Positions 45,889 to 59,400 of a stretch of 64,000 nucleotides of DNA are shown here, piece by piece (position 1 is the stretch's first letter; each line of letters opens with the position of its first letter). Made by a program: the position numbers and the translations under genes. The stretch comes from Ascoidea asiatica JCM 7603 (Eukaryota > Fungi > Ascomycota), in the NCBI GenBank assembly GCA_001600695.1, contig BCKQ01000021.1, positions 38,031 to 102,030 of the forward strand, in the 5' to 3' direction. Under the pieces are notes generated by a model. It saw only the letters and a program-made list of their open reading frames with translations. It was not told the DNA's origin and did not search any database.

Positions 45889-47316
45889 TTAATTTTTTAA
45901 TTTTGAAGTCCATCTTGCAAGACCATAATTACCTTGCCAAAGACCTTTTAAATCAGTTATATAACCAGTTAATAAGTCACCATTTGGTAAAGGTTCATCA
46001 ATATCTATCCAACCATTAATTTTTCTAATTTGTCTCCATTCTTCTATAGTTGGTTCAATTTTTGGTCTTGAACCATATTTTAATGGACCAATATTAATCC
46101 AATAACCATTTTTTTTACCAATTAAATTTTTCATTGAATCTAAATATTCAAAAATATTTTCAGCAGTATCCATAAAAAAAACAGTAATAATAATAATATT
46201 ATCAAAATTTTCATAATTTTTAATTTTAAATTTTCTAAAATCTGCTAAATTTATTGATAAATTTTTTGGTTGATTTTCAATTCTTTTAATATTTATTGAT
46301 CTTGATTGATTTTTTAAATTTACATGATGAGAATATGAATGAATAAAAGGATAAATTTCTAAAGAATTTGGTATTAATGAATTATTATTTTCAATTTTAG
46401 ATAAAGATTGATGAGAATTTTGATAAATAAAATTATTTGAAAGGTACATTAAAGTTGAATATTCTATTGATTGTACAGATTTAAAATTCATTAAACTTAA
46501 TTCATGAGCAATTCTACCAAGACCAGAACCTGGAATTAAAACACAAGTATTTGATTTTTTAAAATTATTTGAATTTGAATTTGAATTTGAATTTGAATTT
46601 GAATTAGATAAAAGATTATTTAAATTTAAATTTATATAATTTAAAATTGGATTTATTTCAATATCACTTAAATTTGACCAATCTCTTTGAAAATGATTTA
46701 AAGATTCTATAACTTCAAAATTTTCAAAATTTAATAAATTTTTATTAAAATTATTAAAATTATAATAATTTAAAAATTGATTATAATTTAAATTATATAA
46801 ATTTAAAGAATTTTTAATAATAAAATTTAAAAAAATTGAATTTTTTAAAATTAAATTATCAATTTTTTTAAATTTTTTATTATAATTTAATGAATTATAT
46901 TGATATTTAAATTTTAAATTAATTGAATTATATAAAAATTTTTTTTTATTATTCCAATTTAAAGTATTTAATTCATAATTTTTTATTGACATTAAAGTAT
47001 TTAAAATTTTAATTTGTTCATTTGAATAGTTATTATTATTATTATCATTATCATTGTTATCATTATTGGAGTCTGTAAGATTTTTTTTTAAATTATTTTT
47101 AAATAAATTATTAATTGAATAAGTATAATAAATTTTTTTTAAAATTGTATTTATAAATTTATTATTTTTATAAAAAATTGAAGTCATTAAAAGTGAAAAA
47201 ATTATTAATGGTAAATTTGAATTTGGTAATATTAATAATAATAAAGCATAAAATATTAAAGAAGATGAAACTGAAGTTATTAATTGAGAAAAAATTATAT
47301 TTTCATCTGGAGTCAT
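45889..47316 (-). CDS. N2227/carnosine-N-methyltransferase-family SAM-dependent methyltransferase, YMR209C-like, with hydrophobic N-terminus
   Basis: HFQRDWS, VLIPGSGLGRIAHEL, IYPFIHSYS, FFMDTAENIFEYL, WINIGPLKYG, GYITD..LWQGNYGL. Confidence 0.85.
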   Translation of the reverse strand: MTPDENIIFSQLITSVSSSLIFYALLLLILPNSNLPLIIFSLLMTSIFYKNNKFINTILKKIYYTYSINNLFKNNLKKNLTDSNNDNNDNDNNNNNYSNEQIKILNTLMSIKNYELNTLNWNNKKKFLYNSINLKFKYQYNSLNYNKKFKKIDNLILKNSIFLNFIIKNSLNLYNLNYNQFLNYYNFNNFNKNLLNFENFEVIESLNHFQRDWSNLSDIEINPILNYINLNLNNLLSNSNSNSNSNSNSNNFKKSNTCVLIPGSGLGRIAHELSLMNFKSVQSIEYSTLMYLSNNFIYQNSHQSLSKIENNNSLIPNSLEIYPFIHSYSHHVNLKNQSRSINIKRIENQPKNLSINLADFRKFKIKNYENFDNIIIITVFFMDTAENIFEYLDSMKNLIGKKNGYWINIGPLKYGSRPKIEPTIEEWRQIRKINGWIDIDEPLPNGDLLTGYITDLKGLWQGNYGLARWTSKLKN

Positions 47317-47604
47317 TATTAAAAAAGGTTATTTATTTAGTTATTAAGGGTCTTTTGATTGACGATGAAAATTAATAAATTTCTTTTAAGGATATAAAGT
47401 ATTGTTAAATTTTAAGTAATTGAATAATTATTTTTTTATAACTTAGTTAAGTAATAAAATATAACGAAACATATGATAAATTTATATCAATGATAATCTT
47501 GTTATTGTTATTGTTCTTTTGATATTTGAAATGAAAGAAATGAATTGCATTATATAATATAACAAATTATATTCAGCTTCTTTTCAAATCTCAGAATTGT
47601 TTCA

Positions 47605-47608
<4 letters not shown>

Positions 47609-47635
<27 letters not shown>
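47609..47635. repeat. (CTG)n microsatellite
   Basis: About 9 CTG units at the edge of a GC island. Confidence 0.85.
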
Positions 47636-47636
<1 letters not shown>

Positions 47637-48044
47637 TTTTGATGGTTTTTGCTGCCTTTTCAGATAGGCTCAAAGATTCCTTTTGAGATTCAGGGACTAC
47701 AGCCAGGAATTGCCGTTTTGGGGCCTTGCCGGGGTGGTAGGACCCAAAACAGTAAGCCGTGTCACGAGAAACAGTCGGAATCGAGTAAACTGACCGGAAC
47801 TGCGCTTCGGGTCACTTTATAAACTTCGGGGTTCTGAAAACATTAAAAGATGACCCGATCGGGATAGTGGGTACAAATTCAAAGCCAAAACTGTGGGTGT
47901 CCTTGTTTTGTATGGTGAAAAGTAAACAGTCAAAACACAAAACACAAAACACAATAAAAATAGAGATAAAAATGAATTAAAGTACAGATAAAATTGATTG
48001 AAAGAACCAAGGAAATATATTATAAATAGTCAATCAAGGATCAA

Positions 48045-48524
48045 TCAAGGATCAGTGCAAATCCTTATGAATTCTTCTTCGTTGATTTCACCATCATCAT
48101 CAAAATCAAATTCATTAATCATTTCTCTTAATTGATCATCACTTACACTTTCACCTAATTCTTTTGCAACTCTTCTTAAATTTTTTAAACTAATTTTTCC
48201 AGTATTATCATCATCAAATAATTGAAATGCTCTTCTAATTTCATCAATTGGATCTCTTTGTAAAATTTTTTGTCCCATAACTAAATAAAAATTTTGATAA
48301 TTAATTAAATTATTATCATCTGTATCATTAACAGAAATGATTTCTAAAACTTCTTTTTTACTAGGTTCAAAACCAAGTGCTTTCATTGCCACTTTACATT
48401 CATGATAATCTAAATATCCATCATTATTCAAATCAAATAAATGAAATGCTTCTCTTATTTCTTGTTTTTGTTCATCAATTAGTTCTCTTTCTAACTGAGC
48501 CTCGGATATTGTTCTCAGACTCAT
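48045..48524 (-). CDS. CDC31: Centrin
   Basis: [81 protein letters not shown] at 48524; the longer track ORF runs through a (TTC)n repeat. Confidence 0.95.
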   Translation of the reverse strand: MSLRTISEAQLERELIDEQKQEIREAFHLFDLNNDGYLDYHECKVAMKALGFEPSKKEVLEIISVNDTDDNNLINYQNFYLVMGQKILQRDPIDEIRRAFQLFDDDNTGKISLKNLRRVAKELGESVSDDQLREMINEFDFDDDGEINEEEFIRICTDP

Positions 48525-48788
48525 TTCCAACAGCTTCAATGGCACACTACAGTACTTCCAACAACAATTGACTTCACAATATCTTTTCTTTTCTTCTCTT
48601 CTTCTTCTTCTCTTCTCTTCTCTTCTTCTTCTTCTTCTTCGAGCAAAACAAAAACAAAACACGCGAAAGAACAAAAATAGAGTGAGTTACCCTCCGCTCC
48701 TCTTTCTTTCTCTTAACTATGGCACTTCTTAACTATCAGCTTCACTTAACCGTTACTCAATGAAATATTAATACTGGCTTTAAATATA

Positions 48789-48796
48789 TTGCCACT
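48789..48796 (-). promoter_or_regulatory. Rpn4/PACE-like element AGTGGCAA upstream of RPT4
   Basis: TTGCCACT on the + strand, about 225 bp before a proteasome subunit ATG. Confidence 0.6.
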
Positions 48797-49019
48797 TTAA
48801 GTCAGAAATTAAAGATATAATCAATAGTTAATGATAATCAATTAATGATAATCAATTAATGATAAATAATAATAATCATTATAATAACAAGAATTGTATT
48901 CAAATAAAGTCTTTAGTTTATTATTCATATCCATATCCATATCCATATCCATATCTATATCTATATCTATATCCATAAACTCATTTCATAATCTTTAAAA
49001 TATAAAAATTAATATAATT

Positions 49020-50315
49020 ATGAGTGAAGAAAATGATCCATTATTAGCAGCTTTAAATTCTGTTGATAGTGATACTCCAATAACAGATTCTACAACAAAT
49101 ATTTCTAATCAAAATACCAATGAAAATATCAATGAAAATTCAAATGAAAATCCAGAAAGAAAAAAAGCTTTAAAACAATTTAAAGATAAATTACTTGATC
49201 ATAGAAATTGGGATTCTCGTTTAAAAAATTTAAGATTTAAAATAAAAGAATTAGAAACTGATTTTAATAAAACTGAAGATGATATTAAAGCTTTACAAAG
49301 TGTTGGACAATTAATTGGTGAAATTTTAAAACCATTATCTGATGAAAAATTTATTGTTAAAACTTCTTCAGGTCCAAGATATATTGTTGGTTGTAGAAAT
49401 ACAATAGATAAAATTAAATTAAAACAAGGTGCAAGAGTAGCTTTAGATATGACTACATTAACAATCATGAGAGTTTTACCAAGAGAAGTTGATCCAACTG
49501 TTTATAATATGACTACTTTTGATGCTGGTGAAATATCTTTTGATGGTATTGGTGGTTTAACTGATCAAATACGAGAATTAAGAGAAGTTATTGAATTACC
49601 TTTAAAAAATCCAGAATTATTTTTAAGAGTTGGTATTAAACCTCCAAAAGGTGTATTATTATATGGTCCTCCAGGTACTGGAAAAACTTTATTAGCAAAA
49701 GCTGTTGCTGCAACAATTGGTGCAAATTTCATTTTTTCTCCAGCTTCTGGAATTGTTGATAAATATATTGGTGAAAGTGCAAGATTAGTTAGAGAAATGT
49801 TTGCATATGCTAAAGAACATGAACCATGTATAATTTTTATGGATGAAATTGATGCAATTGGTGGTAGAAGATTTTCTGAAGGTACTTCCGCTGATAGAGA
49901 AATTCAAAGAACTCTTATGGAATTATTAAATCAAATGGATGGTTTTGATTATTTAGGTCAAACTAAAGTTATTATGGCTACAAATAGACCTGATACTTTA
50001 GATCCTGCATTATTAAGAGCTGGTAGATTAGATAGAAAAATTGAAATTCCATTACCAAATGAAGCTGGTAGATTAGAAATATTTAAAATTCATAGTGAAA
50101 AAGTTTTAAAAAAGGGTGAATTTGATTTTGAAGCTGCTGTAAAAATGAGTGATGGTTTTAATGGTGCTGATATTAGAAATGTTATGACTGAATCTGGTTT
50201 TTTTGCAATTAGACAAGAAAGAGAATATATTATTCAAGATGATTTAATGAAAGCAGTAAGAAAAGTTGCAGAAACTAAAAAACTTGAAGGTAAATTAGAA
50301 TATAAAAAATTATAA
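49020..50315 (+). CDS. RPT4: 26S proteasome AAA-ATPase Rpt4
   Basis: [75 protein letters not shown]. Confidence 0.97.
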   Translation: MSEENDPLLAALNSVDSDTPITDSTTNISNQNTNENINENSNENPERKKALKQFKDKLLDHRNWDSRLKNLRFKIKELETDFNKTEDDIKALQSVGQLIGEILKPLSDEKFIVKTSSGPRYIVGCRNTIDKIKLKQGARVALDMTTLTIMRVLPREVDPTVYNMTTFDAGEISFDGIGGLTDQIRELREVIELPLKNPELFLRVGIKPPKGVLLYGPPGTGKTLLAKAVAATIGANFIFSPASGIVDKYIGESARLVREMFAYAKEHEPCIIFMDEIDAIGGRRFSEGTSADREIQRTLMELLNQMDGFDYLGQTKVIMATNRPDTLDPALLRAGRLDRKIEIPLPNEAGRLEIFKIHSEKVLKKGEFDFEAAVKMSDGFNGADIRNVMTESGFFAIRQEREYIIQDDLMKAVRKVAETKKLEGKLEYKKL

Positions 50316-50486
50316 TTAAAATTATAAATAAATAAATAAGTTAAAAAAATAACTTTTATTATTTTAAAAAAAAAATTGAAATCAAACCAGAAAAAAAAAA
50401 AAAGCAATTTTGAAAAACTAAATAAAAATGTCATAAAGAATATAAAAACTATTAAAACTATTTTAAACTATTGAAAATTATGTTAA

Positions 50487-51389
50487 TTAATCATTATTAT
50501 TATTAAAATTATTTGAAATTAAATTCAAATTTAAATTTAATCTATTATTAAATATTGAAAAATATGATTGATATTTTGATACCCTTTTCATTAAATAAAT
50601 TGCAATCAAATTTGATAATAAATCTCTTGTTTCATAATTAAGTCCTTTAAATAAAGGATGTGAAATATTATTTATGAGATAATAATTTTGAATTAAATTA
50701 TTAAATTTATTTGAATTGAAATTCAATTTATCTAAATTTATATCATCTTTTAAATTTGTATCAGAACTACTTAAATTATTTGAATTATTTGAATTATTTG
50801 AATTATTTGAATTATTTAAAATTGAATTATTAAAATCTTGAAAAAAATAATCAATTTGATTTTTAAAAAAATTTAATAAATAATTTAAATGATTTTGTAA
50901 AATTCCATATGAATAATTTAAACCATAATTTAAATTTATTGAATTTGTTAATTCTATCCAATTTTGATCTTCATATTTTAATAAATCTAATTTTGAAAAA
51001 TTTAAAATTTCAATATTTTCATTATCATCTTTATTTTCTTTATTATCTTTATATGAAGATTTTTTTTGTTTCTCAAATTGTAATTGATTTAATTTATTTT
51101 TATTATTAATTGAATTTTGAATACTTATTAAATTTATTACAAATGGTGGATCTTGTAAAATTAATTGAGTAAATTCTAAATTTGTAAATTTTAAAAATTT
51201 TGGTTGTGGATTATTTATACTAAAATTACTATTTAAAGTTATTGAATCATTATTAAAATTAATTTGATCAATTTTATTATAATTTAATTTTTCAGATTCA
51301 TTAATTTTATTTTTATTTTTATTATTATTTTTTGAATCTTTTATTGGATCATCTTCAACAGCTTTTGAGGTACCCCAAAAGAAACTCAT
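50487..51389 (-). CDS. Uncharacterised 300-aa protein
   Basis: Long ORF in AT-rich DNA with ATG in good context and local codon usage; family not recognised. Confidence 0.7.
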   Translation of the reverse strand: MSFFWGTSKAVEDDPIKDSKNNNKNKNKINESEKLNYNKIDQINFNNDSITLNSNFSINNPQPKFLKFTNLEFTQLILQDPPFVINLISIQNSINNKNKLNQLQFEKQKKSSYKDNKENKDDNENIEILNFSKLDLLKYEDQNWIELTNSINLNYGLNYSYGILQNHLNYLLNFFKNQIDYFFQDFNNSILNNSNNSNNSNNSNNLSSSDTNLKDDINLDKLNFNSNKFNNLIQNYYLINNISHPLFKGLNYETRDLLSNLIAIYLMKRVSKYQSYFSIFNNRLNLNLNLISNNFNNNND

Positions 51390-51779
51390 TATTTTCAGAA
51401 TAATTATTAATATTGTATTATATTATATTATTAAGAGAATTATTAAGAGTATTATTTCAATATTTAATTATGATAAAATATTATTGTGGATAAGATATTT
51501 ATTGTATTGATTGTATTTATTGAAATGAATAAAAAAAGAAAATAAAGAAATTGTAGACGATAAAGTATTGTTTATATATCTCATACATTATATTGTTCAA
51601 TAAAGTAAATCTTTAAATAAGTTAATAAAATAAATGTTGACCTAATTTTTTTACTCGAGTACTTATAATTTATTGTATTTTAACACATTCTATCAAAAAT
51701 ATCAAGAATATTACTAAAAGTTGTATGGCTAATTTATTATTGTATGGCTAGATAATTAATAAATTCACTAATTAATAAA

Positions 51780-51815
<36 letters not shown>

Positions 51816-52346
51816 CGAAATGAATAAGTTTAAATTATTTATTCCCTTAAAAAATACTTTGAAGTCTTGAAATTTCGAATCAAAAAAAAAAAAACAGTAT
51901 TTTCTTTTAATAATTAAAATATTATCAAAATATAAGAATTTTTGACTTGAATTATTAAATTGAATACCCAGAGTTGGACAATGAAAGAAATTTAATTCTC
52001 AAATTAATAAAATTGATAAATTCAATCAAATTTTTTAGCATTGAAGTACTGTATGTTTCATATGATTTTGAAATATTTAAGTTAGACGAAGTAAAAATTG
52101 TTGAATTGAAGATTTTCTGTCAACTTCGAGTTAATTTATCTCAAAAAAGGAGACTACTCAAGCACTAATGCAAGTTTGTAGAATGAATACAGTCTTTTTT
52201 ACCCTTTATTGTATTATTTCAACTGATTTGGTTTCTACAATAAATTCAATTGATTTATTCAACTGATATAATCAAATTGATTCACTTTCTTCAAAAGAAC
52301 CTTCAAAAGATCAATTTCAAGAGTTTCGATTCTTTCTGTGTTCAGC

Positions 52347-52355
52347 TTTGCCACC
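52347..52355 (-). promoter_or_regulatory. Perfect PACE element GGTGGCAAA
   Basis: TTTGCCACC on the + strand within the GC island upstream of the orphan ORF. Confidence 0.5.
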
Positions 52356-53472
52356 GTAAACCAGACTCAGCCACAGCCACAGCCGCAGACCCCTGCTTGG
52401 TGGCTTTGGGCCGGGATCTCTGTCCTAAGACTCCAGAACAAAGTTTTTATTGTTCAAAACTTGTCCTGGATTTATAAAGTCGGAAGTCACTAACACCACC
52501 GGTACTATTCCCCCTTTAGGAAACAACTCTTTGATTGACTCTAAATTCTTTACTATGATATGTGTTTTCTTTTCTTTTCTTCTTAATGTTCTTCATCTCT
52601 GTTATATTTTATTTGATGGTACTTTTATCAATTAAATTAAAATTAGAAGTAGAGTTAGATTTATTAAAGAACCTTTTTTATATACTTATTGTTAACTTGA
52701 TTTTTAAATTTATTAATTATTATTTTGTTTAAAGATACTTTAAATTGCAATTAACAATACTAAAATCAAATAACTATTCAAATACATAAATGGTATTAAA
52801 AGCAATAAAAATTAATAAAATGAATTAAAAATAATTTTCAAAATGTTCATTTAAATAATCTGGACCATCTCACATTTTTCACTTATTTCTTGAACTTTTT
52901 TATGGTAACTAAAATAATTTAACTCAATGAAAAAATATTTGAGGTTTTTGAAGTGTTCAAAGATACTTTGGTTATTGAAAATTAAAATTTACAGTAAAAA
53001 CGAGTTCTATTTTATGCACTGTAGTGTATTTCCTGCATAAACGTTTAGAAAAGAAAAAAATATCTAAGCAAATAATCTGTATATTATATCTAGAATATCT
53101 AATAGAAAAAATACTTTTTAAACAAATGGGACTGAAACAGTTTCATAGTCACCTTGAAATCTTAAAGAGAATTAAATAGTTTAAATAAAAAAATTATACA
53201 ACTTAGTTTTTTGTGAACTGCACTTAGTCATATAATTGAGTCATATTATAGTACATTATATTATAATATATCAAATAAATATTTTATAAAATTATTGAAT
53301 AAACTATAAAATAAAAGCTAATTAAATATAAAAATGCAAAAAGGGTCTAAATGAATTATAATCCAACACACGACAATCCAGTGTCGCTTCAAGGATCTTT
53401 AACTATATTATTACATTGATTAGTATCATGATTTTTACTAATGCTGTTCTCACAAAAACTATAATTATTGTC

Positions 53473-56400
53473 TTAACTACTAATATCTTGATTTTGATTA
53501 TTATTATTGTTATTTATATTGTAATTTTTATTAGCTTGTGTAAATTCTTCTTTTTTCTTCACTGGTTTAACCTTAATTTTATGAATAACTGATTTTCGTC
53601 TAAGATCTGAAACTGGAGTAAATGAATCATAATGAGTTAATTGTCTTAAAGGTTGACTTATCTTTGTCTTTCTATGATATTTTAATTTATTACCAATTAA
53701 TTGCCCACTATGAGCAAGCAAGGATTTTATAACAATTTTTTTCAAATGCATTGCTAAATCTAATAATGTCCAAAATTTATTGGCAAAATGAATTAACGGT
53801 AATTTCAAAACAAAATTATTAACATTAATCAATTTAGCTTTTCCTCTTCCTTTATAACTAACACATAATATACATGGATCAACTTGAAAAGAAATTATAC
53901 TTAAATTCTTTGAAGCTCTACCAATCATTTCATCTGCATCATCTCTTTCTTGTTCTTTTATATTATTTGGTGAAAATTTTGATGTAGTACTAATACTTGG
54001 TGATCCACTACTAAAATGTCTCATTTTACGGGTTTTTTCTGAATTTGGAATAGAATTTGATTCAACATTAATACCTCTTTTAGATTTTCCCAGATATATA
54101 GAATTAGGTCTTGAATTTGATCTTGAATTAGGTACTGAACCTGATTTCATTAGTACATTTGATCTTGAATTAGATCTCAGCTTTCCAGCCCTTTGAACAT
54201 TTGATGAAATTTCATCATCTGAATCAAATTCAACTGTATCATTATCTTCAGAAAACGATTCAGAATCATTTTCTTCATCATTCAGATCCTCATTTCCATC
54301 ATTATCAGCAGTGAGTGTAGTACTTGTACCATTAGTTCCATTATTATTAATGAATATTGGAAATTCATTATAATCTTCAGGGAAAATATAATGAAATATT
54401 TTTTCTCCTGTTTTTTGCTCTAATTGAATAGTAACAGGTTCTAAAGTTACATTGAATGCTTTTATAACTCGTATACCACCAACTGGTTTATCCATATGCC
54501 ATTCAATCCGTATTAGATTATTATCCTTAGGTTTATATTTAATATGTTGTTGTTCTTTTTCTGTTTTTGGAATATATGGTGAAAAAAATTCTTGAAATTG
54601 AACATCTCCTTCTAAATTAAAAGCTTGAATAATTCCAATATCAATAATATTTTGATTAGATCCATCAGGACTTTCTAATCTATGAAATGTAGAATTTGCC
54701 ATTGCAACATCAAGAAATGGTTTTCTATCATCCTCAAGCATATGTAATATAATTTGATCAGCTCGTATAGCCCATTGTAATGCATCTTGTGATTCCACAT
54801 ACTTTTTACCTCCAAGATTAATAGTTTTCATTAATAAATATAATTGAATATTAGTTTCATATTGCTGACTTTGTATTGCATGATAGTCAAACACCATTTC
54901 ATCTTCCAATATTGGTTCTCTAAATGAATAATTTAAAGCAAGTTGTCTTAATATAGAACTTGTTCCTTGTAAAAACTTAAGTTGATCAACAAATCCATCA
55001 AGATTCGAGAAATCAGCTTTTATTACCATTTTTTCAAGTTTCTCCTTAAGTATCTTACTGGTTGGTTCTGCATAAATTAATAAATTAATTATCATAGAGT
55101 AAAACACGCGATATTGAGATGAATCACAAGAAACTACAACCTTAGGACAATCAACAATAACTTTACTTCTTCTAGCATTACCTGTACTATCTTCAAGACT
55201 GGCAAATGAACTAACTTTATCATATCTCACAAGAATTGATGTTTTCTCGAGAAGTAAATTATTAGAAAGAATACTACCTTTATAACATAACTCAGATCCT
55301 AACCACGGAGGCCAACTAGATCCTGAACCATAACTCTTACTTGCAAAAAACAAATTTTGATTAAGAGCAACTTCCCTTTTATCAAAAACAAATACATTTG
55401 CTTCATTAAGCATAGCACCATATCTTGTTTCTATTGGAATAATGTCAATTATTTCATCTTGCGATGCATCAATCGAGGTAAATTTATTTTCGACGATGGA
55501 AACGATATTTAATTGAATAGTAGGAGCAACAACCAAAACAGAAGAATCAACATCTTCATCACTTAATAGTTGAATTTGGGGAGAAAGTAATTGAACAGAG
55601 TAATCATCAGTCGCAGATAAATTTAAAAAGTTGGTAAACTGTCGTAAATCATCTTCAAAGTTGCTCAATCTTTTCTGGCAAGATAGATCGTCATTTTTGA
55701 GAAAATTCTTCCAATCATCAGGATCTTCTCTGCTATCTTCTTCAATTCGAGAAAGAGAAGATTTTAGACTACCTTCTCCTCCTTGATCAAACATAATATC
55801 ATTGACATGAGATACTGCTTTATTTGTTAGGTATCGATTGAGAGTGTATTCCAAATCAACTAAATGAATGTATTTATAGAACAAGTTTCGATTTATAGGA
55901 TTCCATTTAAGAAGCATATTATGCACGATAAAGCTATTATTGAAATGAGCCTTCCCGAAAAAGTTTGAAGCATTTAAGGTAGTTGTTTTTTCAGAATCTG
56001 GATTGATCAATAGTTCTTTAAAATCATCATAAATCAGAACAACATCGCTTAATCTTCTTTCTAAACTACCAATGGTTTTCCTCAATTCAAGGCCATAAGC
56101 AGGATCATCAAAAGTACTTGTTTGAAATGAAGATTTAGTTGCTCCAATCTGCGTTTCCAATTCATTCTTTCGCAGCTCAGTCAATCTTAATTGAGTCTGA
56201 ATCCAGTTCGAATTCTTGGATTTTATGAAAGGATCATCTGTAACTCCAGAATTTCCTCGAAAGCCGGTACTTCGGAGATAAGAAAACTGAGGAGTGAATA
56301 ATAAGGGAAAAACCTTTAAAATACACTTATATGATTTCAAAGAAGCTGTTTCAACATTTTGAAAATCGTTGAGATCAAACCAACAAGGATCTTCATCAAA

Positions 56401-59400
56401 CACTTTAATCTTGACATTATCATCAGCAAATGTAGCGTCATAAGAAGGATTTTTTTTAAACTCGGCTTCTAGAACTCTAACATCAAAGTTCTGTCCAGTC
56501 ATTTCACCATCTTCAAATTTCATTCGAGTTACTCTCTTAGTCATATTTAATTTTTCATATTGTTTTATATAAAGCTCCTTTTTTTGATGAAGATCAAGAC
56601 TAAATAAATCTATTCTACCTTTCATCCCGTATATTATTTTATGATTTGTCAAAAAATTTAGTTCACTGTCCTGCTGGGTATGAGCAGCTAATAAAGGTGC
56701 TACCCAAAAATGGTAGTCTATACTATCTAAATGAGCCACAAATTTTTTGGTAGGAGTTTCAGGACCAAATATTTTACCATGACGGACTGGTAATGACATA
56801 TTACCTGAAAATAAACGCCACCATGAAAAGAAATGCTGAAATAGTTTAATTGATAAATGAATTGTATTATATGAAGAAATTGATTTTTTATTTTTTGGGA
56901 TATCTAGTCTTGTTTCCGTTGGAGAAATAAGTGAAAAAGACATATGGATGAAATGACTTCGAAAGCCGTTGTAGGCATCATAATTTTCAATAGTTTTTGC
57001 GTAGTCTGGATGTTTTAGTCTTATTAAATAGTGAGGAATAAACTGTGAAGACCTCGTCTTTTCAGATACTTTTCTTTCAAAACTAATTCCCATTTTAAAT
57101 TGAACATTACCTGATAACTGTATAACTACTTTTTCGAAATATTCCTTGGACATTTCATGAAGCACAGCAGGATTTATAAACAGTAGTTCTGTTCTATAAT
57201 CCTCTTCTAAATAGTAACTCGCAATAGAAGACATAAAAAAAGAGGCAGAAGTTGGTAAAAAAACAGAATCATCGGTGTGTCTTGACCAAACCAAAAGAGG
57301 TTCTGCTAGATGATTTGGAACAACCCACATAACCTGATTTGCATTAACAACAAGAAAGTCTTTAGGATCATCATTTTTATTAAGGTCTAATAAAACATTT
57401 TCTTTAAAACATAAAATAAATCCAGAACCAGGACCAGTGATTTCATAAGGTGATCGAGAACCTTTGAATAAAATATGCAAGTCCCCATGATCATTCCAGT
57501 TGAAACGAATTCTAGCATGAACATTGGCTCGAAGTTTATCCCAAAAGCCAATTTTTTCTGAGGGATCTAATGGAGGTTTAGTGAAAGCATCAAAATTAAG
57601 CATAATTTGTTGGATACAAGGCTGGTGAGCAGAACCCCAGGTAAATTTGGTTGCCTTATTTGTGTTAATATCTACCGTTAAACTTGGAAACATTTTAACA
57701 GATGCTATTGTCCTAGGTATCAGAATAGAGTAATAACATTTTTCATTAGGATCCACACAACTAGGTACCAATGGCACAAAGACATTCCTAATGTTGGCTG
57801 CAGAATCAGAAAATTCCTCTGCTATAACAGCTGTACCATGTATACGAATAGAAGAATCATGACATTGTCCTTCAGAGAGAGATGGAATATAAAGAAGTGG
57901 TAAAGGATAATCCCTCAAATGAACTCTCAATTCATTTAATTTCAAATCTATATTGAAAGGTAGGTTTAATGAGTAAAGGGTTTCATATGGAATTCCTTTC
58001 CCTATATCATGCAAATATTTAGGTAGTTCATGAATTGGAAAATCTACCCTATTTAATGTAAGGTCTAAATCTTCAAGAAGAGCTGAAAATAATGGAGGCT
58101 GTAGTGGATTGGATAAAACTCTTCTATCGAGGTGATCGTAATTTCGATTATTGAAGCTATTAACTCCATATAAAAAGTCTGAGTTGTTCTCGATCTCACT
58201 AACCATTTTTGATCTAAACACCTTTATACGTTTAATCCAGGATTTTGAAATATTTCGCTGAAGGACATCAAGCTTCTGTCCTAATTTATCATTATCTATC
58301 AATTCTGAAGAGCAGGAATCACCAGAACAAAAAAATTCGCTTTTCAAATCCACACACTTTCCAAGTTCATGGACACATATAGAAAAAGTAGAAGTTGTTT
58401 CAAAATTAGTTTCTTCATTAACATACAAATCCTTCACTGCTTCTCGGAAAAATTCAATTTTTGCAAGTCTTTCTCTCTGTTCAACTATTCCAACTTGAAA
58501 AATCATACTCAATTCACTTTCAAAAGGATCATCCTCCATGCAGAACATTCCTCTTTTCGCTCTAATATTCATTTTAGGGAATATCAACGGATCTTCTGTA
58601 TGAGGTTTTGTTACAATCCTCGGAGAATTATTTTTAAGGGAATAGTTGAGCTGCTTGAAAATTTTCATAAATGTTCCAAAACCATCCAATATTTTATGAA
58701 TAATAAATTGATGAGGAACAGAAAATCTAATTGTTTTGGTAACAATTTGTAAAACCGTATCAATGTCCATTCTTTCTTTCCTAAATTCCAAATATTCAAA
58801 TAAATTTGGGATGTTTATTTGCAATTGACAGCTATTAATGATTAATAATTTAGTCCAATATCCAAGAACTGTTGGAGACTTGACGCATAATCTCACAAAC
58901 TCACTAGTAGATGTAAAAATAGGTCGGTTTGGATCCAACGCCACATGAGTATTAAATTGCTCATATCTCATTTTAAAGCTGTCAGGTAACAGCAATACAA
59001 CATCCGATGATCCAATGTTTAATTTGAGTGTTAAAAAGTCTAAAATAGAGGTAGAGCCTTTGACTTTGATGGCTTTAGCATTGCTAAATTTTTTAGTTTT
59101 GAGAGCAGAACTGTTACCCAAAAAGGAAAAAACTGTATTTCTGATCAAGGATATGGAAGATGCAATCAAAAAATAAATTATTTGAGAAAACAATAAATCT
59201 ACTCTTTCAATATCAATTTTAACTTTTAAAAAATCACTTGATGTTTCTAAGCTTTTATACGCCTGAACCTTTAACTCAATAATGGGAATCTTCAAAAAGT
59301 TTTTAGATTGTAAAAACAACACATCATCTAGTAAAGTAGGTAGTTTTTTTGCAGTGGGCTCCATAACAGTCTTTGCAACAAGATTTTTTACTACTGTATT

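Noticed and set aside
48525-48674. Arg-rich 50-aa N-terminal extension of CDC31 in the ORF track
   Set aside because: Non-ATG start running through a (TTC)n repeat; the ATG at 48524 gives a normal-length centrin.
53340-53457. Two weak hairpins plus ACA downstream of FMP27 (H/ACA-like)
   Set aside because: Stems are short and AT-rich, pocket geometry is poor, and ANANNA/ACA boxes occur often by chance at this composition.
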